This document shows positions 36,936 through 48,716 of a stretch of DNA of 64,000 nt, in pieces. Both the position numbers and the translations under genes were made by a program. Under the pieces are notes generated by a model that had not been told where the DNA came from, did not search any database, and saw only the letters and a program-made list of their open reading frames with translations. Source of the stretch: Dehalococcoidia bacterium (GTDB lineage Bacteria > Chloroflexota > Dehalococcoidia > GIF9 > AB-539-J10); assembly GCA_034431195.1 (NCBI GenBank), contig DAOUDP010000017.1, forward strand, positions 195,051-259,050, given 5' to 3'. Numbering within the stretch: the first letter of the stretch is position 1; each line of letters starts with the position of its first letter.

Positions 36936-37319
36936 CTAATCCCCTTCCGCCTCTGATGACTCGGATAGGCCCATCACCTCTTTCCTCTTTTGTTCAATCT
37001 GCTCAACAGGCCATTCCCCGCTCTCCATTCTCTCTGTCATTTCCTCATAATCTGGAGGAGGCTTCTCGCCTCCGGTCATTCTCTTATTCCACTCAGCTAA
37101 AGCTCTGGGGTCATTGCGCATCATCCCCTCAGTCAAGTTCCTGTCGGAAAGTATATCGTCATAAGCATCCTTGTAGGTTTTATGCATGGCGAAAGTGGAG
37201 AATGTCCGTTTGAGCTCACCCCCGCAGTGAGGGCAGGCAGGAGCATCAGGCGAAAAATTGTGCCGAAATAAGCTAACCTTGCGGTGGCAGGAATTACAAC
37301 GGTATTCGTAAACTGGCAT
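36936..37319 (-). CDS. FmdB-family zinc-ribbon protein, tandem paralog
   Basis: MPVYEYRCNSC...CPHCGG; same organisation and charged tail as 36549-36923. Confidence 0.65.
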   Translation of the reverse strand: MPVYEYRCNSCHRKVSLFRHNFSPDAPACPHCGGELKRTFSTFAMHKTYKDAYDDILSDRNLTEGMMRNDPRALAEWNKRMTGGEKPPPDYEEMTERMESGEWPVEQIEQKRKEVMGLSESSEAEGD

Positions 37320-37369
37320 AGCTAATCAATAAAGATTTTATCACATTGCCCTCAAAAGCCAAATCACTG

Positions 37370-37398
37370 TTGCAATATAAAGCCTTGTGGTATACAAT
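37370..37398 (+). promoter_or_regulatory. candidate sigma70-type promoter (TTGCAA-17 bp-TACAAT) with ~115-nt leader for the zf-trcl gene
   Basis: ttgcaa at 37370-37375, 17-bp spacer, tacaat at 37393-37398. Confidence 0.35.
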
Positions 37399-37515
37399 AT
37401 TTCTGTTGGAGTTGGTTTTAGGTCATTACATACCGGGTTAAACTCCGCTAGGTTTATTCAAGGTGCTGAGTGACCTTAGCTCTAGCCAACAATTTAATAG
37501 AGAGGAGGTCATCCA

Positions 37516-37821
37516 GTGGGTTATGAAGACAAAACGCTCGAATGCGCTGATTGCGGCGCGACTTTCACCTTCACCGCTGAGGAACAGGAGTTCTTTGCCA
37601 CTAAAGGCTATGCTCATGAGCCCAAGCGTTGCCCAGCGTGCCGCAAAGCAAGGAAATCCCAGCGCTACGGAGGCGACTTCGGCTTTAGACGCCAGATGTT
37701 CCCTGCAGTGTGTGCCCAGTGTGGTAAAGACACAGAAGTGCCGTTCCAGCCCCGTGAAGGTAGACCGGTATATTGCAGCGAGTGCTACAACGAGCTTAAA
37801 GCAAATAAGCAACTTGACTAG
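37516..37821 (+). CDS. small zinc-ribbon protein, zf-trcl-like (two CxxC pairs and a third Cys cluster)
   Basis: DKTLECADCGATF...CPACRK and CAQCGKD...CSECYN; DxxLxC + CxxC signature of the probable zinc-ribbon family. Confidence 0.55.
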   Translation: MGYEDKTLECADCGATFTFTAEEQEFFATKGYAHEPKRCPACRKARKSQRYGGDFGFRRQMFPAVCAQCGKDTEVPFQPREGRPVYCSECYNELKANKQLD

Positions 37822-37851
37822 CAAGCAGTGGGCAGAGAGTAAGCCTGATTC

Positions 37852-38961
37852 CTAGTAATCATCGCCGAGAAGATGGATATTCCCAATTCTTATGCTTTTT
37901 AATCCTTGTGCTTTTGCTTCCGCTAGGCATTCCTCAGCGTGACGCCTAGAAGTGGTAGGCAAGTCCCTCATCATAAAGTGGGGATAAAAGGCAAGAAGTG
38001 AGTAGGGGATATCAGAATTAAGGGAGGAAATGAACCGGGAAATCCGGGAAATTTCCTCCCGGTCTATGTATCCCGGGACGAGTAAAGTGCTTGCTATTAA
38101 GAATGGAGGCGAAGGTCTCTTCCGAGCATATTCTGCCAGGAGCTGAAAGTTTTCCAGGGTTCTTTTGTTGCTTACACCACAAAGAGCAATATGTAATCCT
38201 TCATCCCAGGCTTTAAGGTCAACCTTAATACAGCCACCTGAATTCAAAGCAATTTCGGCAGCTTGTTTCAATAGAGCGGGACGCATTGAGCCATTGGTCT
38301 CCCAGCAGACGCGGAGGATTCTGCCTTTGTTCCTCTCCAGAGCCAGCCGGGCAACATGGATTGAATGGGGCAACTGCGGTGTGGGGTCACCACCGAAGTA
38401 GCAAATGCATGAAGTGTGGGCATCAACAGCATCAGCAAGCATTGAAGCAGTAATATTGGACTCCCGCAACGCTAAGTCACGATAGTGCCAGTTCTGGCAA
38501 AATAAGCAATCGAAGGAGCAGGCATGATAAAACACGGCAAGGTTTTTGTAGCCATATTCAGGTCCACTGCGATAAGCAAAATGAGGATAGCCAGCTCCGG
38601 TGCCACCGGGGCAAACCCAGTCTGCTACACAGTTGGTCGGCAAGGGATCATGGTACCAACTAACATTAGCTCTATTTGACGTAGCACCCTTGAGCCTGTT
38701 TCCTTCATTATAACGGAGCCCACAATAGCTCCTGCCGTTTGAGGGTAGTCGGCATTCGTTTACACAAATATGGCATTGAGGACCAGTTTCGCTTCTAGGG
38801 GGATGAATGGGGAGATTGAATTGGCTTCGCGACTCGCGGTGAGCTTCTTCTATGTCAGGCAGTACTGCAGCGAAGTCCTCCCGAATACAATCCACACATA
38901 CTCCCAATATTTGGGAAATACGGGGGGATTCTTTGCCACAATTTCTGCATCTAGATAACAA
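37852..38961 (-). CDS. radical SAM enzyme, AmmeMemoRadiSam-system (AmrS)/PflA-like family, with extra N-terminal Cys-rich ribbon
   Basis: CHICVNEC...CGLR, YHDP, then radical SAM CSFDCLFCQNW; extra N-terminal CRNCG...CVDC. Confidence 0.75.
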   Translation of the reverse strand: MLSRCRNCGKESPRISQILGVCVDCIREDFAAVLPDIEEAHRESRSQFNLPIHPPRSETGPQCHICVNECRLPSNGRSYCGLRYNEGNRLKGATSNRANVSWYHDPLPTNCVADWVCPGGTGAGYPHFAYRSGPEYGYKNLAVFYHACSFDCLFCQNWHYRDLALRESNITASMLADAVDAHTSCICYFGGDPTPQLPHSIHVARLALERNKGRILRVCWETNGSMRPALLKQAAEIALNSGGCIKVDLKAWDEGLHIALCGVSNKRTLENFQLLAEYARKRPSPPFLIASTLLVPGYIDREEISRISRFISSLNSDIPYSLLAFYPHFMMRDLPTTSRRHAEECLAEAKAQGLKSIRIGNIHLLGDDY

Positions 38962-38964
38962 AGG

Positions 38965-39675
38965 CTATCTTCGTCCCAGCCCTATAGCGAGCAATACAAA
39001 ATACATCAACTGAGCTAATGCCATGAAGAAAGAAGCTACATAGGTTAGAGCTGCCGCAGAAAGGACAGCCCTGGCACCACCGTATTCCTCAACGGAGACC
39101 AAACCACTGCCACGCAGCATGTAGAGGGCTCTACTGCTGGCATTAAACTCCACAGGAAGAGTAACCAAAGAGAAAAGAACCGCTAAGGCAAACAGGAAAA
39201 CACCACCCCAAACGACATACAGCCCAAATTTACCAGCGAGAAGATAGAGAAACAGACCAATAATGACGCATATCCAACCCAACTGGCTGCCGATATTGGC
39301 TGCAGGAACCAGAGTGGTGCGAAATCTCAAAAAGGCATAACCAGTCCTGTCCTGAACAGCGTGCCCGATTTCATGGGCAACGATTCCCAACGCTGCCACT
39401 GAAGGGGTAGAATAGACCTCGGGAGAAAGTCGCAACACCCTATTCCTGGGGTCATAGTGGTCGCCTAACCTAGTTCTTACCTGCTCCAGCCTCACATCGT
39501 CCAGCTCATTATCCCCCAACAGTGTCCGGGCTACATCCACTCCAAGTACTCCGTGCATATTGCGCACCCGAGAATACTTCTTGAATGCTGAATTTACCTT
39601 CACCTGAGCGTAAATCATGAATAGGAACGGCGGTATCACAAATAAGAACCACATCGGGTCAAACAGGAAAAACAT
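38965..39675 (-). CDS. membrane zinc metallopeptidase (HEXXH; peptidase_M/PF04228-like)
   Basis: HEIGHAVQ zinc motif between TM helices; N-terminal and C-terminal hydrophobic segments. Confidence 0.72.
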   Translation of the reverse strand: MFFLFDPMWFLFVIPPFLFMIYAQVKVNSAFKKYSRVRNMHGVLGVDVARTLLGDNELDDVRLEQVRTRLGDHYDPRNRVLRLSPEVYSTPSVAALGIVAHEIGHAVQDRTGYAFLRFRTTLVPAANIGSQLGWICVIIGLFLYLLAGKFGLYVVWGGVFLFALAVLFSLVTLPVEFNASSRALYMLRGSGLVSVEEYGGARAVLSAAALTYVASFFMALAQLMYFVLLAIGLGRR

Positions 39676-39738
39676 CTCTCACGCCTCCACGAAATATTAT
39701 TAACTTAAATAAAAATCGAGTCAAATAAGCTAGCACCC

Positions 39739-40671
39739 TCAACCCAGAACTGAGCCGACAAAGCTTCTTTGTCCTCTCAGAAACTCAGCGATTGCCATTT
39801 CCTTCCTTCCCTCCAGTTGCACTCTACCAAGCCCCAAGACGCCGTGCCCGGTGATCACACCTGCTTCAGGTGACGAAGGCAAAGCCACCACCTCCCCCAC
39901 CTTTCCTGGAGTTATATCCTCCAAAGGAACAGCGCTGTGAATTCTAATCCTTCTGTCACCCCACCAGCCATAGCAAACTGGCCATGGGTTATAAGCCCTT
40001 ACCCTTCGCCAGATTTCCACAGCGGGAAGATGCCAGTCTATTTCCCCATCCCCGCTGGTTATCAGCCTGCTGAAAGTAGCTCTCTTTCCCTCCTGAGATT
40101 GTGGCTTAATCTTGCCGTCAAGCCATTCAGGCAAAATATCCACCAGAAGAGCAGCTCCCAGTTGAGCTAGTTTATCAGTGAGTGAGCCAGTGGTGTCTTC
40201 AGGCAAGATAGGCATTTCCCTCTGAGCCAAAATAGGGCCGCTATCCAATCCGGCATCCAATAACATGATGGTGACACCGGTAGTTTCATCCCCATCAAGA
40301 ATAGCATTAACCACAGGGGAGGGTCCGCGATGACGGGGCAACAATGAAGGGTGAACATTAAGACAACCAAACCGCGGCAGGGATAACATCTCCGCAGGGA
40401 GAATGAGACCAAAAGCGGCAACCACGATGAAATCGGGACAGAAGCGACTCAATTCCCGCACTGCTTGGGAAGACTTAACCGTCTTTGGTTGCATAACAGG
40501 GATATGGCGATTCAAAGCCAGAGCTTTTACCGGCGAACGAATGAGGTCCCGCCTTCTCCCCGCCGGCTTATCAGGTTGAGTGCATACTGCCACTACCTGG
40601 TGAGAACTATTAAGCAAACGTTCCAGCACAGGCACGGCAAATTGCGGAGTGCCCATAAAAATAACTTTCAT
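39739..40671 (-). CDS. fmt: methionyl-tRNA formyltransferase
   Basis: MKVIFMGTPQFAVP N-terminus, formyltransferase HPSLLP motif (NVHPSLLPRHRG), C-terminal Fmt domain. Confidence 0.9.
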   Translation of the reverse strand: MKVIFMGTPQFAVPVLERLLNSSHQVVAVCTQPDKPAGRRRDLIRSPVKALALNRHIPVMQPKTVKSSQAVRELSRFCPDFIVVAAFGLILPAEMLSLPRFGCLNVHPSLLPRHRGPSPVVNAILDGDETTGVTIMLLDAGLDSGPILAQREMPILPEDTTGSLTDKLAQLGAALLVDILPEWLDGKIKPQSQEGKRATFSRLITSGDGEIDWHLPAVEIWRRVRAYNPWPVCYGWWGDRRIRIHSAVPLEDITPGKVGEVVALPSSPEAGVITGHGVLGLGRVQLEGRKEMAIAEFLRGQRSFVGSVLG

Positions 40672-40782
40672 AACTAGCCCAACAGCATTTTCAAATATTT
40701 TTTTTGTTATGTCAAAATTCCCCTAGATGACCAAAAACCGTTTTTGTCATAATTTGACCTTGGTATTCTCCGATTACCCCAT

Positions 40783-42129
40783 GTGGCTACCGGTGATTCT
40801 ATTTCTATGAGTGAACCATTTTCGGCAAAAGAGGCTTGGGCAAGAGCTTTAGGACAGCTTCAACTCCAAGTCAACAGGATAAACTATGATACCTGGCTTA
40901 GGGATAGTCAAGGTATCAATTGCGAAAACGACGTCTTCGTAGTTAGCGTTCCCAATACTTTCATCGCTGAGTATCTTACAAAACGCTTTCACTCATTGAT
41001 AAAGAAGACCATTGCCATTATCTTAGGAAAAGACTTGGAGGTCCAATTCGTGGTACAGCAGCCAACACTGGCCAGGGAGAAGTCATTGCAGCGCGACGGT
41101 GGAGTAAGCACCAAGATGAAAACCTACCGATTTAACCCCAAATACACTTTCGCCAGATTTGTGGTGGGTGATTGTAATCGCCTTGCCTATGCTGCAGCCA
41201 CAGAGGTAAGCCAGAAACCATCACTGGTCTACAATCCACTCATCATTCACGGAGATACTGGTCGCGGCAAGACTCACTTGTTACATGCTATCGGGCACAT
41301 GGCGATAGGAAGTGGACTGAACGTGGTTTACTCCTCCGCTGACCAATTCATCACTGAATTTGTGCTCGCAGTCAAGCAGAACGATGTAGACCATTTCCGA
41401 AGTAAATTCGCCCCGGTAAATGTGTTCCTTTTCGATGATTTCCAACTGCTAGATAATAAAAAGCAGACTCAACAGTTTTTCTTTCACACTTTCAACGAGC
41501 TTTATCATAATAACTGTCAAATCGTGATCGCTGCTGACTGCGCCCCCAAAGAGATGTCTTTAGTCGGCAACAGGCTAAGGTCACGCCTGCAATGTGGTCT
41601 TGTTACTCAAATTCAACCACTCGATTTTGGGACACGGTTAGCTATACTTCAAGCCAAGTCAACGGAGAAGAGACTCCCTATCATCGAAGAGACGCTGCAA
41701 TTTATCGCACAGAAGATACAGGATAACGTCTACCAGCTTGAAGGTGCCCTCACATACCTCGATGCCTATACCAAGTTAACCGGGCTTAGCTTAACTCCAC
41801 AAATAGTCACCAAATTATTAACAACTAATAAAAACAACGATGACTGTAAATTAATAGTCCAAACGGTAGCTGAATATTTTGACTGTTCCCTAGAGCAATT
41901 GCTAGGCAGAAAGAGGGATAGGGAGACTTCCCTAGCACGCCAAATCGCAGCGTATCTCCTGCGAGAGAAAGGAAATTACTCTTTCACCGAGATCAGCAAT
42001 ATATTGGGTAATAGGAATCATGCCACAATACTCCATGGATATAAGAAAATAGCTAACGATTTAGGGGTTAATTCCAAGCTGAAAAGGCAAATCAGTCAAA
42101 TTAAACGACAAATTGACAATTCGTATTAA
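40783..42129 (+). CDS. dnaA: chromosomal replication initiator DnaA
   Basis: Walker A GDTGRGKTHLLHAIG, Walker B LFDDFQ, sensor motifs, C-terminal DNA-binding domain (LARQIAAYLLRE...HATILHGYKKI); start possibly at ATG 40807. Confidence 0.92.
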   Translation: MATGDSISMSEPFSAKEAWARALGQLQLQVNRINYDTWLRDSQGINCENDVFVVSVPNTFIAEYLTKRFHSLIKKTIAIILGKDLEVQFVVQQPTLAREKSLQRDGGVSTKMKTYRFNPKYTFARFVVGDCNRLAYAAATEVSQKPSLVYNPLIIHGDTGRGKTHLLHAIGHMAIGSGLNVVYSSADQFITEFVLAVKQNDVDHFRSKFAPVNVFLFDDFQLLDNKKQTQQFFFHTFNELYHNNCQIVIAADCAPKEMSLVGNRLRSRLQCGLVTQIQPLDFGTRLAILQAKSTEKRLPIIEETLQFIAQKIQDNVYQLEGALTYLDAYTKLTGLSLTPQIVTKLLTTNKNNDDCKLIVQTVAEYFDCSLEQLLGRKRDRETSLARQIAAYLLREKGNYSFTEISNILGNRNHATILHGYKKIANDLGVNSKLKRQISQIKRQIDNSY

Positions 42130-42171
42130 TATACTGTGAATAAAATGTTACAAGCTTAAGAAGCATTTATC

Positions 42172-42190
42172 CCTTGCTCAAAGGTTTTTT
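42172..42190 (+). terminator. weak candidate intrinsic terminator after dnaA
   Basis: ccttgctcaaagg (4-bp stem, 5-nt loop) followed by tttttt. Confidence 0.2.
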
Positions 42191-42287
42191 CTAATCCCCA
42201 TATACATTCTTATTAGTGTTATTATTATTCAAATACTATAGGTAAATATATAATTATCATAATCAGGGATAACCGGACAGTGAAGTT

Positions 42288-42890
42288 ATGAAAGTAGGGG
42301 TCTTGGGAGGCACCTTTGACCCTGTTCATATAGGGCATCTCATTATTGCTGAAGCAGTCCAAGTCCAGTTACGGTTGGAAAAAGTTCTTTTTGTACCTGC
42401 GGGTCAGCCGTGGCTTAAACTGCAGCATCCGATTACCCCAGCAGGTTATCGTGTGGAGATGCTGCGTCTGGCTATTCTCCCTAATCTTCACTTTGAACTA
42501 AGCGATGTGGAGGTGGAGCGCTCTGGCCCCTCGTATACTATAGATACTATGGTTGAGCTCAGGAATCGGTTAGGTGCTCAGGCGGATTTGTTTTTTATCC
42601 TGGGATGTGATGCTCTAGCTCAGTTTGCTGAGTGGAAGGAGCCGAGCAAGCTAATCCAACTATGCAAGTTAGCCGTTGTGCCCAGAGCAAATTTAGCCTT
42701 ACCAGCTTTGGAAGGTTTAGAGCGTCGTATTCCGGGGATAACTGATAGAGTTAGCTATGTCGCTACCCCGATAATTGATATTAGTTCTTCACAGATTCGG
42801 GAGCGTGTGGCTCGAGGATTATCAATCCGGTATCTTGTGCCGGACAAAGTAGAGGAATATATAGCACAGCGTCGGTTATATCGCAGCTAG
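42288..42890 (+). CDS. nadD: nicotinate-nucleotide adenylyltransferase
   Basis: GGTFDPVHIGH motif; ~200 aa. Confidence 0.88.
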   Translation: MKVGVLGGTFDPVHIGHLIIAEAVQVQLRLEKVLFVPAGQPWLKLQHPITPAGYRVEMLRLAILPNLHFELSDVEVERSGPSYTIDTMVELRNRLGAQADLFFILGCDALAQFAEWKEPSKLIQLCKLAVVPRANLALPALEGLERRIPGITDRVSYVATPIIDISSSQIRERVARGLSIRYLVPDKVEEYIAQRRLYRS

Positions 42891-42901
42891 CAAGGATTTG
42901 T

Positions 42902-44848
<1,947 letters not shown>

Positions 44849-44953
44849 CTAAGGTGAATGTTGCAACTCTAGGTGACCAATTTGCCAAAACACCATATTT
44901 ACACACTTATTATACCACATCTACGAATAGAAAGCTATATTTTGTGCTCTTTC

Positions 44954-46234
44954 TCATCTTTTCTCAAGTAAGCTTGCTATTTCGCTTAAGCCAACAGTTT
45001 TCTGTTCTCCGCTCGACATGTCTCGCAATACCGCTGTTCTATTCGCCACTTCCTTTTCTCCAATGATAACGGTGTATTTAACGTCTAGCGAATTAGCCTG
45101 TCTCAGTTGGCTTTTCAAACTCTTCTCTCCAGTAGCTTGGATGGCAGCGATGCCTTGGTGGCGTAATCTGGAAACAAGTTTTGCTGCCTCTAATTTAGCT
45201 TGTGTTCCGAGGCAAGCTACATAAGCAACAGGTTTAGGGAGGGCAGGAACAATTACGTTCTGGTTTTTCAAGGCAATGATGATTCTTTCTATACCAGCGG
45301 CAAAGCCAACTGCTGGCGTAGGTTTACCCCCCAGTTCCTCAATAAGATTATCGTAGCGACCGCCTCCACCAAGAGCGATTTGTACTCCTTTCCCTTCAGG
45401 CTTAACCTCGAAGACTGTTCTGGTATAGTAATCCAGTCCACGCACTAGCCTGTGATTTAGTTGGTAACTTATCCCCAGTTCAGTTAGATATTTCTGGACA
45501 CTTTGAAAATGGGTCTGGCATTCGGAGCAAAGATAGCCTGTGATTTTTGGCGCACCTGTTATTATTTCCTGGCAGGAAACTTCTTTGCAGTCGAGAAGTC
45601 GCAGGGGATTTCTAGCCAACCTGACCTTGCAGTCGGGACATAGTCTATCCCGGTAGGCGGAATAGTATTTTTTCAATGCCTCGACATAGCCAGGCTGACA
45701 TTGTCGGCAGCCAATGCTATTAATCTCAATGAACAGTCCGGAAAGACCCAAAGAAGATAAGAAACGATACATCAATTCTATCACCTCAGCATCGAGGGCA
45801 GGGTCAGCATCACCTATTGCTTCGCATCCAAGCTGATGATGCTGACGATAGCGTCCTGCCTGAGGGCGCTCGTATCTGAAGGCGGGGATAATATAATATA
45901 GCTTTACTGGCTGAGGTAGGTTAAATAGCCCATGTTCAAGGTAAGCGCGACAGATCGGCGCAGTTCCCTCTGCAGTCAAAGCCAGCTTCTGTCCACTTCT
46001 ATCCTCAAAGACATACATCTCCTTAATGATGTCTGCGCCATCAGGCGCGATGTGGGCAAAGAGGTGGTAATCTTCAAAAACAGGGGTGTTGAGGGGCTGG
46101 TAGCCGTAAAGATGGCAGAGGTAAACAGCTTTTTCCTCTATATACCTCCAGTAAGCCTTTTCTTGAGGCAAGATGTCCGATGTGCCGCGAGCTACTTTGA
46201 ACAAAAGAAAAACTCCTTGACTTGTAGAATACAA
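44954..46234 (-). CDS. hisS: histidyl-tRNA synthetase
   Basis: Class II aaRS motifs (RYERPQAGRYRQHHQLG, GGGRYD), HisRS anticodon-binding domain. Confidence 0.92.
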   Translation of the reverse strand: MYSTSQGVFLLFKVARGTSDILPQEKAYWRYIEEKAVYLCHLYGYQPLNTPVFEDYHLFAHIAPDGADIIKEMYVFEDRSGQKLALTAEGTAPICRAYLEHGLFNLPQPVKLYYIIPAFRYERPQAGRYRQHHQLGCEAIGDADPALDAEVIELMYRFLSSLGLSGLFIEINSIGCRQCQPGYVEALKKYYSAYRDRLCPDCKVRLARNPLRLLDCKEVSCQEIITGAPKITGYLCSECQTHFQSVQKYLTELGISYQLNHRLVRGLDYYTRTVFEVKPEGKGVQIALGGGGRYDNLIEELGGKPTPAVGFAAGIERIIIALKNQNVIVPALPKPVAYVACLGTQAKLEAAKLVSRLRHQGIAAIQATGEKSLKSQLRQANSLDVKYTVIIGEKEVANRTAVLRDMSSGEQKTVGLSEIASLLEKR

Positions 46235-46283
46235 GAGAGTAGGAAGGATGTAAAGGAATTTGCCTTGCTTTTGTTATTAAGTT

Positions 46284-48443
46284 ATGATGAATTTGATGGA
46301 AAAGGAGAAGTTTTTAGCTAAAGCACAGGCATACCTGCCAGAAGAGCAGGTAGCACTGGTTGAGAAAGCTTACGATTTTGCTCTTGATGCGCATCGAGGG
46401 CAATTGCGGAAATCAGGAGAGCCTTACCTGGAGCATCCTGTTGGTGTAGCAATGATTTTAGCCGAGCTTCAATTTGATGGTGCTACTCTAGCTGCCGCCT
46501 TGCTTCACGATGTTCCCGAGGATTGTGGAGTCTCAGTGGGTGAAATCAAGACTAACTTTGGTGATGAAGTAGCTAGATTGGTAGGGGGCACCACGAAATT
46601 GAGCAAGTTGTCAAAGCCTGTTTATGGAGATGCAGCCAGGAGGGAGCTTCAAGTGGAGAATCTGCGCAAGATGCTTATAGCCACTGCTGAGGATTTAAGG
46701 GTTATATTTATAAAATTAGCTGACCGGCTACATAATATGCGTACTCTTGGAGTTTTGCCGCGGGGAAAACGCGTTGCCATTGCTCAAGAGACTTTAGAGA
46801 TATACGCTCCGCTAGCTCATCGTCTGGGTATCCGGAGCGTAAAATGGCAGCTAGAGGATTTGGCTTTTCGTTATTTAGAGCCACGAGAATATCATCGGGT
46901 TGCTCGTTTGGTAGCTTCGAAACGAGAACAAAGAGAAGTTTTTGTAAACGAGGCTATCCAAGCGGTAGGCGAGGAATTGAACAAAGTGGGTGTAGAAGCA
47001 AGCGTTTTTGGCAGGCCAAAGCATGTTTATAGTATCTTTCGGAAAATGGGCAAATATGCGTCGCAGGGTAAGGATTTTGGCGATATCCATGATCTTTTTG
47101 GCTTGCGCATACTGGCTAATTCAATTCCAGACTGCTATAAGGCACTGGGAATAGTTCATAGCCTTTGGCATCCTATACCTGAAGAAATTAACGATTTTAT
47201 TGCTAATCCTAAAGAGAATGGGTATCAATCTTTACACACAGCGGTGATATATCACGGGAATGCATTGGAGGTGCAAATTCGGACTTATCAAATGGACCGA
47301 GTTGCTGAGTTTGGGGTGGCTGCCCACTGGCGCTATAAGGAGGGAGAAAAGGGAGGGGAGTCTTTTAGGGAAGTGGCTTGGTTACCTCAACTGGTTGAGT
47401 GGCGAGATGTATTTGACAGCAAGGAATTTTTGGAATCCGTCAAAAGCGATATGCTCGCTAATCGGGTGTTTGTTTTTACTCCCAAAGGCGAAATAAAGGA
47501 ATTGTCCAAAGGAGCAACGCCTTTGGATTTCGCTTTTCACGTTCATACCGACTTGGCTTATCGCTGTGTTGGGGCAAAAGTGAATGGCCGATTGGTGCCA
47601 TTGAACTATAATCTTAATAATGCTGATGTGGTGGAAATCATTGCTGCTAAGAAGGAGAAAGAACCTAGTCTGGATTGGCTCAATCCTGGACTTGGCTATG
47701 TCAAAACTTCTCATGCACGGGCGAAAATCCGCCAATGGTTCAACAAGCAGGATAGGGCTCAAACCATTGAGGCGGGGAAGCAATTTCTGGGACGGGAACT
47801 CAAAAGGGCAGATATTGTCCTCCCAAGCGTTGGTGAAGTGGCATCACTATTTGGTTTCAAGAATATGGATGACTTTTTTGCTGCCATCGGGAGTGGTAAC
47901 CTTAGTCCCTCTCAAATAATAGCAAAACTAGCCGTAAGTGAAGAGCGGCCTGAAGAGCTGGTTGAAGTTCGTCCTTCAAAAAAGGTTAGCCCGGCGAGCG
48001 TTAAGGTACTGGGCGTAGGAGACTTGGTCACTCATCTGGCTAACTGTTGTCATCCCTTGCCAGGGGATAAGATTATTGGTTATATTACTCAGGGACGAGG
48101 TGTTACCGTGCATCGTCGAGATTGCCCTAATATCGTTAATGAAGTGGAGAGGGAGCGGCTGGTTGAGGTGGGTTGGGGCGGTGTGGAGCAAGTTTACCCG
48201 GTGGCTATTCAAGTTAATGCTTGGGATAGGATAGGCTTACTTCGGGATATTAGCGTTATTATTGCTGAGGAAGGAGTAAATATCACTGACTTTCATGTGG
48301 CAGACCACGAGGATATTGTCTCATTGAATCTTAGTCTGGAAATAAAGGGTACTGCTGAGTTAGCTAGTTTGATATCTAAAGTTTACTCAGTTGGGGGCGT
48401 AGTAAATGTGAGAAGGAAAGGAGGAGTGAATGCCTCGCATTAA
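46284..48443 (+). CDS. relA: bifunctional (p)ppGpp synthetase/hydrolase, RelA/SpoT family
   Basis: 719 aa; HD domain (HRGQLRKSGEPYLEHP), synthetase domain (GRPKHVYSIFRKM), TGS and ACT domains. Confidence 0.92.
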   Translation: MMNLMEKEKFLAKAQAYLPEEQVALVEKAYDFALDAHRGQLRKSGEPYLEHPVGVAMILAELQFDGATLAAALLHDVPEDCGVSVGEIKTNFGDEVARLVGGTTKLSKLSKPVYGDAARRELQVENLRKMLIATAEDLRVIFIKLADRLHNMRTLGVLPRGKRVAIAQETLEIYAPLAHRLGIRSVKWQLEDLAFRYLEPREYHRVARLVASKREQREVFVNEAIQAVGEELNKVGVEASVFGRPKHVYSIFRKMGKYASQGKDFGDIHDLFGLRILANSIPDCYKALGIVHSLWHPIPEEINDFIANPKENGYQSLHTAVIYHGNALEVQIRTYQMDRVAEFGVAAHWRYKEGEKGGESFREVAWLPQLVEWRDVFDSKEFLESVKSDMLANRVFVFTPKGEIKELSKGATPLDFAFHVHTDLAYRCVGAKVNGRLVPLNYNLNNADVVEIIAAKKEKEPSLDWLNPGLGYVKTSHARAKIRQWFNKQDRAQTIEAGKQFLGRELKRADIVLPSVGEVASLFGFKNMDDFFAAIGSGNLSPSQIIAKLAVSEERPEELVEVRPSKKVSPASVKVLGVGDLVTHLANCCHPLPGDKIIGYITQGRGVTVHRRDCPNIVNEVERERLVEVGWGGVEQVYPVAIQVNAWDRIGLLRDISVIIAEEGVNITDFHVADHEDIVSLNLSLEIKGTAELASLISKVYSVGGVVNVRRKGGVNASH

Positions 48444-48711
48444 GTTGGCTAACAAAATAGCTTGCGCTACGGAAAGAAGGAGATTGCGGAATAGTACGAC
48501 AAAGAACAGAATGAAGACTGCTATTGCTAAAGCGGGGAAGCTTATTGTAGCTGGGAATATGGAATTAGCGGAAAAAGAGACGGTAAAGGCGATAAGCGAT
48601 ATAGATAAGGCGGTAAGCGCAGGGGTTATTCATCGCAATAAGGGTGCTAGACTCAAATCTCAGCTAACAAGGCAATTAAATCAGGCAATGTCGAAGGAGA
48701 AAGGAGGTTAG
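48430..48711 (+). CDS. rpsT: 30S ribosomal protein S20
   Basis: 93 aa basic protein, ...KRRLRNS...KNRMKTAIAKA; start overlaps relA stop by 14 bp. Confidence 0.85.
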   Translation: MPRIKLANKIACATERRRLRNSTTKNRMKTAIAKAGKLIVAGNMELAEKETVKAISDIDKAVSAGVIHRNKGARLKSQLTRQLNQAMSKEKGG

Positions 48712-48716
48712 CTTTT

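Noticed and set aside
38965-40671. AMMECR1/Memo partners of the AmmeMemoRadiSam radical SAM enzyme among its neighbours
   Set aside because: The neighbours are a HEXXH membrane metallopeptidase and fmt. Neither matches the AMMECR1 or Memo (extradiol-dioxygenase-like) families.
46235-46283. TTGTA-gaa-TACAA palindrome in the hisS/relA divergent region as a regulatory site
   Set aside because: A short 5-bp-arm palindrome in an AT-rich promoter region is not statistically distinctive without more copies.
48600-48716. GAAC-N4-GTTC type LexA box upstream of lexA or dinB
   Set aside because: No such motif was seen by eye in the lexA or dinB upstream regions. Only the unrelated palindrome at 51606-51625 was found.
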